Shown: positions 20,766-29,331 of the stretch, piece after piece | Numbering within the stretch: the first letter of the stretch is position 1 | Layout of the letters: every line of letters starts with the position of its first letter | Source of the DNA: Candidatus Thiodiazotropha sp. | Lineage (GTDB): Bacteria > Pseudomonadota > Gammaproteobacteria > Chromatiales > Chromatiaceae | Reading direction: 5' to 3' | NCBI GenBank assembly: GCA_037384445.1 | Contig: JARRNY010000033.1 | Location: 44 to 64,043, forward strand | Length of the DNA: 64,000 bases | Program-made: the position numbers and the translations under genes | The notes under the pieces: model-generated | The model's input: only the letters and a program-made list of their open reading frames with translations | What the model was told of the DNA's origin: nothing | Database searches by the model: none

Positions 20766-22451
20766 ATGAAACCGGTTCGTGTTCCGCTAAAAAAGGCTCC
20801 TGTGTGGAGCCTTTTTTGTCTGTTACTGTTTTTACTCTCGCCGGCGCAGGCAGCGAAGGATCCTGCCGCAGCAGCCATCGCCTCGGCGCATCCTCTGGCG
20901 ACAGCTGCCGGTCATGAGATTCTACAGCAGGGCGGCAACGCCTTTGACGCGGCAGTCGCGGTCAGTGCGGTACTGGCCGTGGTTGAACCCTACAGCTCCG
21001 GTATCGGTGGCGGCGGCTTCTGGCTGCTGCATCGGGCCAGCGATGGTTACGAGACGATGGTCGATGGACGCGAGCGGGCGCCACTGGCGGCCACTCGCGA
21101 CCTCTATCTCGATGAAGCGGGCCATGTGATCCCCAATCTCTCCATCAATGGGCCTCTGGCTGCGGGGATTCCTGGTGAGCCGGCCGCTCTGGTCCATCTC
21201 TCCCAAGGCTATGGGCGACTGCCCTTGAAGCAGGTGCTGGCGCCAGCGATCCGTATCGCCCGTGAGGGTTTTCCGGTGGATGCGCACTATCTGCGCATGG
21301 TGAACTGGCGTCTCGAACCGCTACGTGCCGATCCGGCCGCTGCCGCGGTCTTTCTGCATGATGAGCAAGCGCCCGAGCTGGGCTCATTGATTTACCAGCC
21401 GGATCTGGCTGATACCCTGCAGCGCCTGGCTGATGAGGGAGCGGCTGGCTTTTATCGCGGAGAGTTGGCCAAACAGTTGGTGGCGGGAGTGAAAGCCGCC
21501 GGTGGCATCTGGGAGCTGGAGGATCTGGCTCGCTACAAAGTGGTTGAACGGGAGCCTATTCGCAGCCGTTATATGGGGCTGACAATCACCAGTGCGGCGC
21601 CGCCTTCCTCGGGAGGCGTGGCGCTGGCCACCATGCTGAATATTCTGCAGGGTTTCAATCTGCCGACTGTCGAGGAGCCACAGCGTACCCATCTGATTGT
21701 GGAGGCGATGCGCCGCGCCTATCGGGATAGGGCCGACTATCTGGGCGATCCTGACTATGTGGATATTCCTGTAAAGGCGCTGACACATCCCTGGTATGCG
21801 GCAGGACTGGCCCGTGATATCGAGATGAACAAGGCCAGTCCCAGTGTCGGCAATCTGGCGCACGAAGAGGGCCGCGATACCACCCACTTCTCGGTTTTGG
21901 ACCGTGAAGGTAATCGGGTATCGGCCACCCTGAGTATCAACTACCCATTCGGTTCCTGTTTCATGGTTGCGGGTACAGGCGTACTGCTCAACGATGAAAT
22001 GGACGACTTCTCCGCAAGTCCAGGGGTACCCAACGTCTATGGCCTGGTGGGGGCGGAGGCGAATGCAATCGCTGGCGGCAAACGGATGCTCTCCAGTATG
22101 TCTCCGACCTTTGTTGAGGATGAGGGACAGCTGGCCATACTGGGTACACCCGGAGGCAGTCGCATCATTACCATGGTCTTATTGGGTATTCTGGAGATGG
22201 CCGATGGTAAGGGAGCGCAAGCCTGGGTCGAGCGTCCGCGTTTTCACCATCAATACCTGCCTGATGTAATTGAGTTTGAGCCAGAGGCTTTTAGCGAAAA
22301 CTTGCGAAAACAACTCAAAGCTATGGGTCATGAGTTGAAGCAACTGGATCACAGCTACGGCAATATGCAGGCAATATATTGGGACAAGCGTAGCGGACGA
22401 GTGGAGGCTGCCAGTGATCCGCGGGGGATCGGTGAAGCGAAAATTCACTAA
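20766..22451 (+). CDS. ggt: Gamma-glutamyltransferase
   Basis: GGNAFDAAVA, DTTHFSV (catalytic Thr), LNDEMDDF, RMLSSMSP, GTPGGSRI. Confidence 0.96.
   Translation: MKPVRVPLKKAPVWSLFCLLLFLLSPAQAAKDPAAAAIASAHPLATAAGHEILQQGGNAFDAAVAVSAVLAVVEPYSSGIGGGGFWLLHRASDGYETMVDGRERAPLAATRDLYLDEAGHVIPNLSINGPLAAGIPGEPAALVHLSQGYGRLPLKQVLAPAIRIAREGFPVDAHYLRMVNWRLEPLRADPAAAAVFLHDEQAPELGSLIYQPDLADTLQRLADEGAAGFYRGELAKQLVAGVKAAGGIWELEDLARYKVVEREPIRSRYMGLTITSAAPPSSGGVALATMLNILQGFNLPTVEEPQRTHLIVEAMRRAYRDRADYLGDPDYVDIPVKALTHPWYAAGLARDIEMNKASPSVGNLAHEEGRDTTHFSVLDREGNRVSATLSINYPFGSCFMVAGTGVLLNDEMDDFSASPGVPNVYGLVGAEANAIAGGKRMLSSMSPTFVEDEGQLAILGTPGGSRIITMVLLGILEMADGKGAQAWVERPRFHHQYLPDVIEFEPEAFSENLRKQLKAMGHELKQLDHSYGNMQAIYWDKRSGRVEAASDPRGIGEAKIH
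20789..20817. terminator. Intrinsic terminator-like hairpin after the ferredoxin, inside the 5' end of ggt
   Basis: A6-GGCTCC-TGTGT-GGAGCC-T6. Confidence 0.6.
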
Positions 22452-22596
22452 TTGTGCGCAAATCCCCAGGGAAAATTGCAAAATGGCTCTGGATATCACA
22501 AACTCGGCATTGAATTTGAGTTTATTTTGGCTCAAGCTTGTGCCGGATGCCAAGCATCTGTCTAACAATGGAAAAACGTAGAGAGATCGAGAGTAA

Positions 22597-22878
22597 ATGA
22601 TGAAAACCACCATGATGAAAACTGCCGCTATGATCCTCAGCATTGGTCTGCTGGCCGGTTGTGCTACCACCGACATGAGCAAGCTGGAGGCCGACGTTGC
22701 GAACGCACAGGCCGCTGCCGATGCTGCCATGAAGGCTGCTAAAGAAGCTCAGCTGGATGCTGCCACCGCTCAGGGTACTGCTGATGCTGCCATGAAGGCT
22801 GCCAACGCTGCTACCGATGCTGCTGAAGCTTGCAGCGAGAAGTGTGGTCGCATGTCTGAGAAGGCTATGGCCAAATAA
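22597..22878 (+). CDS. Lpp/OprI-like alanine-zipper outer-membrane lipoprotein
   Basis: Lipobox LAGC, Ala-rich heptads (ADAAMKAA twice), C-terminal Lys; the true start may be 22612. Confidence 0.85.
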   Translation: MMKTTMMKTAAMILSIGLLAGCATTDMSKLEADVANAQAAADAAMKAAKEAQLDAATAQGTADAAMKAANAATDAAEACSEKCGRMSEKAMAK

Positions 22879-22914
22879 GTCGATCGCTTCAAGCGATTCG
22901 ATCCTTCGGGATAG

Positions 22915-22948
22915 AAAAGCCCGGCCGTTCAATCGGCCGGGTTTTTTT
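22915..22948 (+). terminator. Intrinsic terminator of the lipoprotein gene
   Basis: GCCCGGCCG-TTCAAT-CGGCCGGGT followed by a T-run. Confidence 0.9.
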
Positions 22949-23065
22949 ATGTCCTGAATTCGGGGGAGGCTTCAGCGAGCAAAAGAGATTAGCTCTGGTT
23001 GAAAGACTCTTCCTGAGTCGCAAGCGATAGGCGCGTCATCTGCTCGCGCCGGGTTATCCGGTTAT

Positions 23066-23998
23066 CTACTCTTTTTCTGCCAGCTCTTTGCTGTCCCAGA
23101 GATAGAGTGGCATAGGGATGCCGGTTTTGTTTTCAGCATACTCGTGCAGCAGTGACCAATCGGGTTTTCGCTGATCCTCACCCAATCGCTCGATGACGGC
23201 GTTCACCAACTCTGTGTAGTTGTGCCCCTTCTCTTCGATGTACTCCACCAGGGGTGGGTGTACCTGCACAAAGAGCTCCCCCTTCAGCCAGCCCGCCTTG
23301 TAGGGCTCGTTGACGATGCGCACCGGCGTGCCCTTCTTAACCTGTTTGAAAAATTGCTTGATGTTCTCTGGGTAGAGACGAATGCAGCCGTGGCTGACCC
23401 GCATGCCGACGCCATAGGGTTTATTGGTGCCGTGCAGCAGATAGCCCGATAAACCGAGATAGATCGCATGTGTCCCCAAAGGATTGTTGGGGCCGGGAGG
23501 AATTACCGGCGGTAATGGGTCGCCATCCTCTTCGTGTTCTTTGAGAATTGAGGCCGGTACGGTCCAGCTCGGCCCCTCTTTCTTGCCGATCACTACGGTC
23601 TCGCCGGTGGGTGTGCTCCATCCCTCTCGGCCGATGCCGATGGGATAGGTGACTACCACTGGTCTGTCTTCGGGGTAGTAGTAGAGTCTCAACTCCGCCA
23701 GATTGATAACGATTCCCTTGCGCGGTCCGGATGGCAGGATGTACTGCTGGGGGATCACCACCTCGGTTCCTTCGCCGGGCAGCCAGGCATCGACCTTGGG
23801 ATTGGCCGCCACCATCTGTCGGTAACCGATATCGTAGACACGGGCGATATCGGAGAAGGTCTCCTCCCAGCGGGTGTTCAGGGTAAAGGTCTGCCCCACC
23901 ACATCGTCGCCCGGTGCGGGCAGGTCGAAGGTTACGGCGTGGAGCGAATGGGTCAGTACCAATAGCAGGGCTAGAGAGGGAAGTCTGAGCAGTCTCAT
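23066..23998 (-). CDS. L,D-transpeptidase (ErfK/YbiS/YcfS family)
   Basis: Signal peptide, INLAELRLYY, PGPNNPLG, LHGTNKPYGVGMRVSHGCIRL. Confidence 0.93.
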   Translation of the reverse strand: MRLLRLPSLALLLVLTHSLHAVTFDLPAPGDDVVGQTFTLNTRWEETFSDIARVYDIGYRQMVAANPKVDAWLPGEGTEVVIPQQYILPSGPRKGIVINLAELRLYYYPEDRPVVVTYPIGIGREGWSTPTGETVVIGKKEGPSWTVPASILKEHEEDGDPLPPVIPPGPNNPLGTHAIYLGLSGYLLHGTNKPYGVGMRVSHGCIRLYPENIKQFFKQVKKGTPVRIVNEPYKAGWLKGELFVQVHPPLVEYIEEKGHNYTELVNAVIERLGEDQRKPDWSLLHEYAENKTGIPMPLYLWDSKELAEKE

Positions 23999-24152
23999 GG
24001 AAATCGATTTCGGTGAATTTCGACGTAGTTTACCTGAGGTTTGCCTCTTTTGGTGTGAAGAATGGACTATTCCCTGTTGTTTTGTGCAGTTAGTGTTGGT
24101 CATGTCTGTTTCTTGCAGTCGTCTGTCCAGCCTCAGCTCTGAAGTGGGTATC

Positions 24153-24179
24153 TAAAGTATTGGCTTTTCAGGCCGTTAG
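24153..24179 (+). promoter_or_regulatory. Putative sigma28 (FliA) promoter for the parA-like gene
   Basis: TAAA-N15-GCCGTTAG vs consensus TAAA-N15-GCCGATAA. Confidence 0.55.
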
Positions 24180-24310
24180 CTCAAATACCGGGGTTCTTAA
24201 CTGCGGGTATCCTATGGTGACCTGTTGACGCTTCCCGTGCCAATTCTTGGACACGGGCAAGTCTGAAAGGGTCCAAAGTTTAAATCGGATTCAGATCGAA
24301 TGAGCGGCTA

Positions 24311-25069
24311 ATGCGTCGAATGGCAGTGATCAATCAGTGCGATGGGGTGGGTAAGACCACCATTGCCACCAGCCTGGGCCATGCGCTGGCCAGGGAGGGG
24401 CATCGCGTGACACTGATCGATCTCGATCCCCTGGGGCGTCTGGCGGCTGGGTACGGTATTTTCAGGGCGCCATCCAAGGGTATCGACCGTGTGATGTTGA
24501 ACGGAACCGATCTGCATTCAGTAAAGATCGGGGCGAGGGATCTGCTGACCCTGATTCCGGCGGGAATCACCCTGTCTCAGCTTGAGTTGCTCAATGGCGA
24601 CGGCGCACAGCGGGCGCGACGCCTCTACGAGGCCATAGAGAGTCAGTTTGACGATCAGGCCTTCGTGCTAATCGATGCGCCTTCCGGGAGTGGTCTGCTG
24701 ACTGTGAATGCGATGTTTGCCGCCGACGAGTTGCTGATCCCGGTGACCAGCGAGGCAGAGAGTCTGAACGGGGCGTTGAAGACACTGGTGACGCTCAAAC
24801 GACTCGCCCCCTACCTGCCCCATGCAGTGAAGGCGAGAATTGTACTCAATCGCATGGCGCCACGTCTCAAGGCGAGCCGGGAGATGCGGGAAAAGGTCGA
24901 GCATCACTTCTCCGATCTGTTGCTGGAGAGTGTCATCCGAGAAGGTCCGGCACTGGCTGATAGCGCAGCTATGGGACGCACCATCTTCGAATACAAATCC
25001 AGCAGTCACTCGGCCAAGGAGTTCAAGGCATTGGCTGGGGAAATACTCGTTCGCGCCGAGGCAGGGTGA
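24311..25069 (+). CDS. ParA/Soj-family ATPase with altered Walker A
   Basis: NQCDGVGKTT, IDLDP, LIDAP, ADELLIPV; no parB nearby. Confidence 0.88.
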   Translation: MRRMAVINQCDGVGKTTIATSLGHALAREGHRVTLIDLDPLGRLAAGYGIFRAPSKGIDRVMLNGTDLHSVKIGARDLLTLIPAGITLSQLELLNGDGAQRARRLYEAIESQFDDQAFVLIDAPSGSGLLTVNAMFAADELLIPVTSEAESLNGALKTLVTLKRLAPYLPHAVKARIVLNRMAPRLKASREMREKVEHHFSDLLLESVIREGPALADSAAMGRTIFEYKSSSHSAKEFKALAGEILVRAEAG

Positions 25070-25083
25070 AAAGGATAAACGCA

Positions 25084-25110
25084 TAAAGCTTGATGGCTAT
25101 CAGTCGATAA
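25084..25110 (+). promoter_or_regulatory. Putative sigma28 (FliA) promoter for the STAS gene
   Basis: TAAA-N15-GTCGATAA. Confidence 0.65.
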
Positions 25111-25171
25111 CGCTAACAAGTACCCAAGTGGGGCCTGTCACCTATGACGATGAGAATTCTTCGGAGATACT

Positions 25172-25474
25172 ATGTCCATTAACAGCACCCTCTCTGGCGA
25201 CGAGACGACCGTAATCATCAAAGTGGCGGGACGCTTCGACTTTTCCACTCATCAGGATTTCGTACAAGCCTACAAAGGTTTTCCCAAGGGCGAGAAGTCC
25301 TATGTGGTCGATCTGGCGGGGGCGGAGTATATGGACAGCTCTGCCATGGGGATGCTGTTACAGCTACGCGAATACAACCGGTTGGGCGAGCAGGTGGTGC
25401 TCAGCAACGGTAACGATGCAGTCATCGACGTGCTGAAGATTGCCAATTTCGGCAAGCTTTTCACCATCAAGTAA
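25172..25474 (+). CDS. STAS-domain anti-sigma-factor antagonist
   Basis: GRFDFSTHQDF, DLAGAEYMDSSAMGMLL (phosphorylatable Ser), IANFGKLF. Confidence 0.9.
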   Translation: MSINSTLSGDETTVIIKVAGRFDFSTHQDFVQAYKGFPKGEKSYVVDLAGAEYMDSSAMGMLLQLREYNRLGEQVVLSNGNDAVIDVLKIANFGKLFTIK

Positions 25475-25551
25475 CTTCCGGCTCAAACTGCGGGAGTGCA
25501 CAATGCCGGGCCTTTCCGGTATGATTCCCCCCTTTTTCACGGGAGCCTCCC

Positions 25552-26643
25552 ATGGGTTTCAAATGCGGTATCGTTGGGTTGCCGAATGTCGGTAAATCGA
25601 CCCTTTTCAATGCGCTGACCAAAGCGACTATTGCGGCGGAGAATTATCCGTTCTGCACCATAGATCCCAATGTCGGCGTGGTACCCCTGCCCGATCCGCG
25701 GCTCGACGTGCTGGCCGGCATCGTCAAGCCTCAGCGGGTGCTTCCCACCACCATGCAATTCGTCGACATCGCTGGCCTGGTGGCTGGCGCCTCCAAAGGC
25801 GAGGGGTTGGGCAACAAATTTCTCGCCAATATCCGGGAGACTGACGCTATCGCCCAGGTAGTCCGCTGCTTCGACAGCGAGGACGTGGTGCATGTGGCAG
25901 GCCGGGTCGATCCGATCAGCGATGTGGAAGTGATCAACACTGAACTGGCGCTGGCCGACCTGGAGTCGGTGGAGAAAGGGTTGGCCAAATCGGAGCGCCA
26001 GGTCAAGACGGGCGACAAAAAGGCCCTGGCGCGAAAGGTGTTGCTGGAGCGGGTACGTGATCAGCTCAATGCAGGAGAGCCGGTACGCCGTATGGACCTG
26101 AACGAAGAGGAGCACCTGGAGTTACGTGATCTCTTCCTGCTTACCATCAAGCCGGTGCTCTATATCGCCAACGTGTCGGAGGATGGTTTTACGGGCAACC
26201 CCCATCTAGAGGCGCTGCGTGAGCTGGCTCAGGGCGAGTCTGCGGAGGTGGTGCCGGTATGTGCCGCCATCGAGGCCGAGATCGTCGAGCTGGAAGAGGA
26301 GGAGCGTACCGAGTTTCTGGCTGACATGGGGCTAGACGAGCCGGGCCTCAACCGAGTGGTGCGTGCCGGCTATAAACTGCTGGGTCTGGAGACCTATTTC
26401 ACCGCCGGCGTGAAGGAGGTGCGGGCCTGGACCATACCCCAAAAGGCCACAGCGCCTCAGGCCGCCAGCGTCATTCACACCGATTTCGAGCGTGGCTTCA
26501 TCCGCGCTGAGGTGATCGCTTATGAGGATTTTGTCGCCTGCAAAGGGGAGCAGGGGGCTCGAGAGGCAGGAAAACTGCGCTCAGAGGGTAAGGAGTACGT
26601 CGTCAAGGATGGCGATGTTATTCACTTCCGATTCAACGTCTGA
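25552..26643 (+). CDS. ychF: Ribosome-binding ATPase YchF
   Basis: [29 protein letters not shown]-terminal TGS domain ending FRFNV. Confidence 0.99.
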   Translation: MGFKCGIVGLPNVGKSTLFNALTKATIAAENYPFCTIDPNVGVVPLPDPRLDVLAGIVKPQRVLPTTMQFVDIAGLVAGASKGEGLGNKFLANIRETDAIAQVVRCFDSEDVVHVAGRVDPISDVEVINTELALADLESVEKGLAKSERQVKTGDKKALARKVLLERVRDQLNAGEPVRRMDLNEEEHLELRDLFLLTIKPVLYIANVSEDGFTGNPHLEALRELAQGESAEVVPVCAAIEAEIVELEEEERTEFLADMGLDEPGLNRVVRAGYKLLGLETYFTAGVKEVRAWTIPQKATAPQAASVIHTDFERGFIRAEVIAYEDFVACKGEQGAREAGKLRSEGKEYVVKDGDVIHFRFNV

Positions 26644-26645
26644 TA

Positions 26646-26674
26646 TTGACACTATCCGATGGCGACAGTATATT
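26646..26674 (+). promoter_or_regulatory. Sigma70 promoter of tRNA-Met
   Basis: TTGACA-N17-TATATT followed by a GC-rich discriminator GCCCGGCC. Confidence 0.8.
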
Positions 26675-26697
26675 GCCCGGCCTTCAGAACAGCTTTT

Positions 26698-26774
26698 GGC
26701 AAGGTAGCTCAGTTGGTTAGAGCACAGCACTCATAATGCTGGGGTCGGCAGTTCGAATCTGCCCCTTGCTACCA
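26698..26774 (+). tRNA. tRNA-Met (CAT), probably elongator type
   Basis: 77 nt; acceptor GGCAAGG/CCTTGCT, D arm AGCTCAGTTGGTTAGAGC, anticodon arm CAGCA-CTCATAA-TGCTG, GTTCGAATC, encoded CCA. Confidence 0.95.
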
Positions 26775-27680
26775 AATAAAAAAGGCCTGAGGGTTGATCC
26801 AGACCAGCTTCATCAACGTGCTGCGGCGCATTTCCGCCAGCCGGTCGGAAAACTCCTGAATATTGGTATCCAGTAGCGCGACGAGATCCCGTTTGCCCTC
26901 GCGATCCTGCACCAGCTGCTGATATTGCTTTTTGAGGCTTTCGATTTCGCGCAACTGCCTCGCTCTGCTGATATTGGTAACTCCCGTATTGATCGGCTCC
27001 TTGTGTCGTTGCGACTGACGGGTTCTGATCTGTAGTTTCAGATCGCGCAGGGCCTCTTCCTGAATATCGATGGCGTCCAGCTGTTCATCCCTCAGGGTGA
27101 AGAGGTTGTCGACTCCTTCGTCGATCCAGGTGTTGATGTCGTCGATATGATAAATCCGCAACTGCTGCATGATGTGGATAGTGTCGGGTATATGCAGCAG
27201 ATGCTCATAAATCTCAAGCCAGCTCTCTTCCCGGGTGTTGAAGAGCTTGTCCATGTAGTGGAGCAACAGACTGACAGAATGGGTGTAGTCGTAATTCTGA
27301 AAATTCTGGCTGATAGTCTCAAGGATATCGGCGAAGTTGGCGGCAGTACCGGCAAAGGCGCGGTCATCCTCAACCCGAAGCCCCCTGGCGTAGATATTCG
27401 TGATGCGGTCGAGCAGGCGCAAATAACCGTCATCGCGAAGCTGGCTCTTGCCTGAGCGCAACAGCAGCGAGATCTCCAGCAGCATCTCCTGCAGCAGGTT
27501 AATGTCGACCTGATCACCATGCGCTGACAGGGCATTCTCGAGGAAGTCGAAATATTGCTTGAGAATGGGGCAGATCTCTTCCTGCGCCATCAGCGGCAAA
27601 TGATCAACACCCTGCAGCCTGAAGGCTTCACTGCCTTGGCGGCGGCTTTGGGTCTCTTGTCCGAGGTTGTGATAGGTCAT
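26769..27680 (-). CDS. Hypothetical alpha-helical protein with C-terminal coiled coil
   Basis: 303-aa ORF with coding-like composition; no family recognised; stop codon lies within the tRNA 3' end. Confidence 0.7.
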   Translation of the reverse strand: MTYHNLGQETQSRRQGSEAFRLQGVDHLPLMAQEEICPILKQYFDFLENALSAHGDQVDINLLQEMLLEISLLLRSGKSQLRDDGYLRLLDRITNIYARGLRVEDDRAFAGTAANFADILETISQNFQNYDYTHSVSLLLHYMDKLFNTREESWLEIYEHLLHIPDTIHIMQQLRIYHIDDINTWIDEGVDNLFTLRDEQLDAIDIQEEALRDLKLQIRTRQSQRHKEPINTGVTNISRARQLREIESLKKQYQQLVQDREGKRDLVALLDTNIQEFSDRLAEMRRSTLMKLVWINPQAFFIW

Positions 27681-27794
27681 GGGTCAGTCGCAGTCCAGCG
27701 TTGGGCTGAAGATACCTGAATTATATTAACAATTACTAATATAATAAAGACTTATTTTCGCGCACCACGTCAAGAAATGTGAATGTCCCTGATA

Positions 27795-27821
27795 CTATCG
27801 GCAAGAAAATCGTAATCTTGA
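27795..27821 (-). promoter_or_regulatory. Putative sigma28 (FliA) promoter for the 303-aa hypothetical gene
   Basis: Minus strand TCAA-N15-GCCGATAG. Confidence 0.6.
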
Positions 27822-27971
27822 GCTGGTCAGGTCAATGGTTTTGCTACTAAGTCGTTGAATTAAAAATGTAAGTTTTTTATTGTCGTTTTTATTACAATAG
27901 GCCCGCAAATAGCGGGCCCAGGCGCTGAAGCCCGTGCGAATAATAGAGAGAATCACGAGGGGTATATCAAC

Positions 27972-29282
27972 ATGCGTTTTCCATCCGCGAGAGAGTTTCT
28001 GGGCCTGTCGGCGCTACTGTTGTCGCCACTGACCGCCGTAGCAGGCGAGGCTGAGTTGAATGGGGCCGATACGGCCTGGATCATGACCTCGACCGCCCTG
28101 GTGTTGTTTATGACGCTGCCTGGTCTGGCCATGTTCTACGGCGGTCTGGTGCGATCCAAGAACGTTCTGTCGGTATTGATGCAGTGCTTCGCCATTGCCG
28201 GCATGGTCTCTATCCTCTGGCTGGTGGCGGGCTACAGCCTGGCCTTCGGTGAAGGGAATGCCTGGATTGGCGACTTCAGCCGGGTACTCATGGCAGGGGT
28301 GGATCGGGAAACCGTGTCTGGCAGCATACCTGAATCCGTCTTCATGCTGTTCCAGATGACTTTCGCCATCATCACCCCGGCCCTCATCGTGGGTGGTTTT
28401 GCCGAACGTATACGTTTCTCGTCCATGTTGTTGTTCAGTGCTTTATGGCTATTCGTGGTCTATGTGCCGGTGACTCACTGGGTCTGGGGCGGTGGCTGGC
28501 TGGGTAAGATGGGCCTCTACGACTTCGCCGGTGGAACGGTGGTACATATCACCGCCGGTGTAGCGGCACTGGTGGCGGCCATGGTGATGGGGCCGAGGCA
28601 CGGCTTCGGCACGGCTTCTATGATGCCGCACAACATGACCATGACCATTGCCGGTGCGGGTATGCTCTGGGTCGGCTGGTTCGGTTTCAATGGCGGTAGC
28701 GCACTCGCCTCTGACGGCAATGCCTCGATGGCCATGCTGGTGACCCATATTTCGGCTGCTACCGGCGCCATGACCTGGCTTGTGCGCGAGTGGATCAAGT
28801 TCGGTAAGCCCAGCGCTCTGGGCGCGGTGACCGGTATGGTGGCGGGTCTCGGCACTATCACCCCGGCCTCCGGCTATGTCGGTCCCGCTGGCGCCCTGGT
28901 GATCGGCCTGCTGGCCGGTATTGTCTGTTTCTCAGCCACCAACTACCTCAAGCAAGTGTTGAAGATCGACGACTCGCTGGATGTTTTTCCCGTGCATGGT
29001 GTCGGTGGCATTCTGGGTACACTTCTGGCCGGCATCTTCTCCTCCACCTCCCTGGGTGTCTTCTCCGGTTATGGTTTTGCTGAAGGTATCTCAAGCATCA
29101 GCGGACAGCTTATGGTGCAGTTCATCGGTGTGATTGCGACCCTTGCCTTCACGGGTGTGGCGACTTTTGCGTTGTTGAAGCTGGTGGATAACCTGATCGG
29201 ACTGCGTGTCAGCCGGGATGAAGAGACCCAAGGTCTGGACCTCGTGCTCCACGAAGAGCGTGGTTATAACGAACTGGGCTGA
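27972..29282 (+). CDS. amtB: Ammonium transporter (Amt family)
   Basis: FYGGLVRSKN, FQMTFAIIT, DFAGGTVVH, WFGFNGGS, DDSLDVFPVHG. Confidence 0.96.
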   Translation: MRFPSAREFLGLSALLLSPLTAVAGEAELNGADTAWIMTSTALVLFMTLPGLAMFYGGLVRSKNVLSVLMQCFAIAGMVSILWLVAGYSLAFGEGNAWIGDFSRVLMAGVDRETVSGSIPESVFMLFQMTFAIITPALIVGGFAERIRFSSMLLFSALWLFVVYVPVTHWVWGGGWLGKMGLYDFAGGTVVHITAGVAALVAAMVMGPRHGFGTASMMPHNMTMTIAGAGMLWVGWFGFNGGSALASDGNASMAMLVTHISAATGAMTWLVREWIKFGKPSALGAVTGMVAGLGTITPASGYVGPAGALVIGLLAGIVCFSATNYLKQVLKIDDSLDVFPVHGVGGILGTLLAGIFSSTSLGVFSGYGFAEGISSISGQLMVQFIGVIATLAFTGVATFALLKLVDNLIGLRVSRDEETQGLDLVLHEERGYNELG

Positions 29283-29291
29283 GGAGCCCTC

Positions 29292-29325
29292 TAACCCGGC
29301 AACATATGGCTGCCGGGTTAAAAAA
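29292..29325. terminator. Hairpin terminator between convergent amt and response-regulator genes
   Basis: TAACCCGGCA...TGCCGGGTTA followed by an A-run (U-tract on the minus strand). Confidence 0.7.
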
Positions 29326-29331
29326 CAGAAA

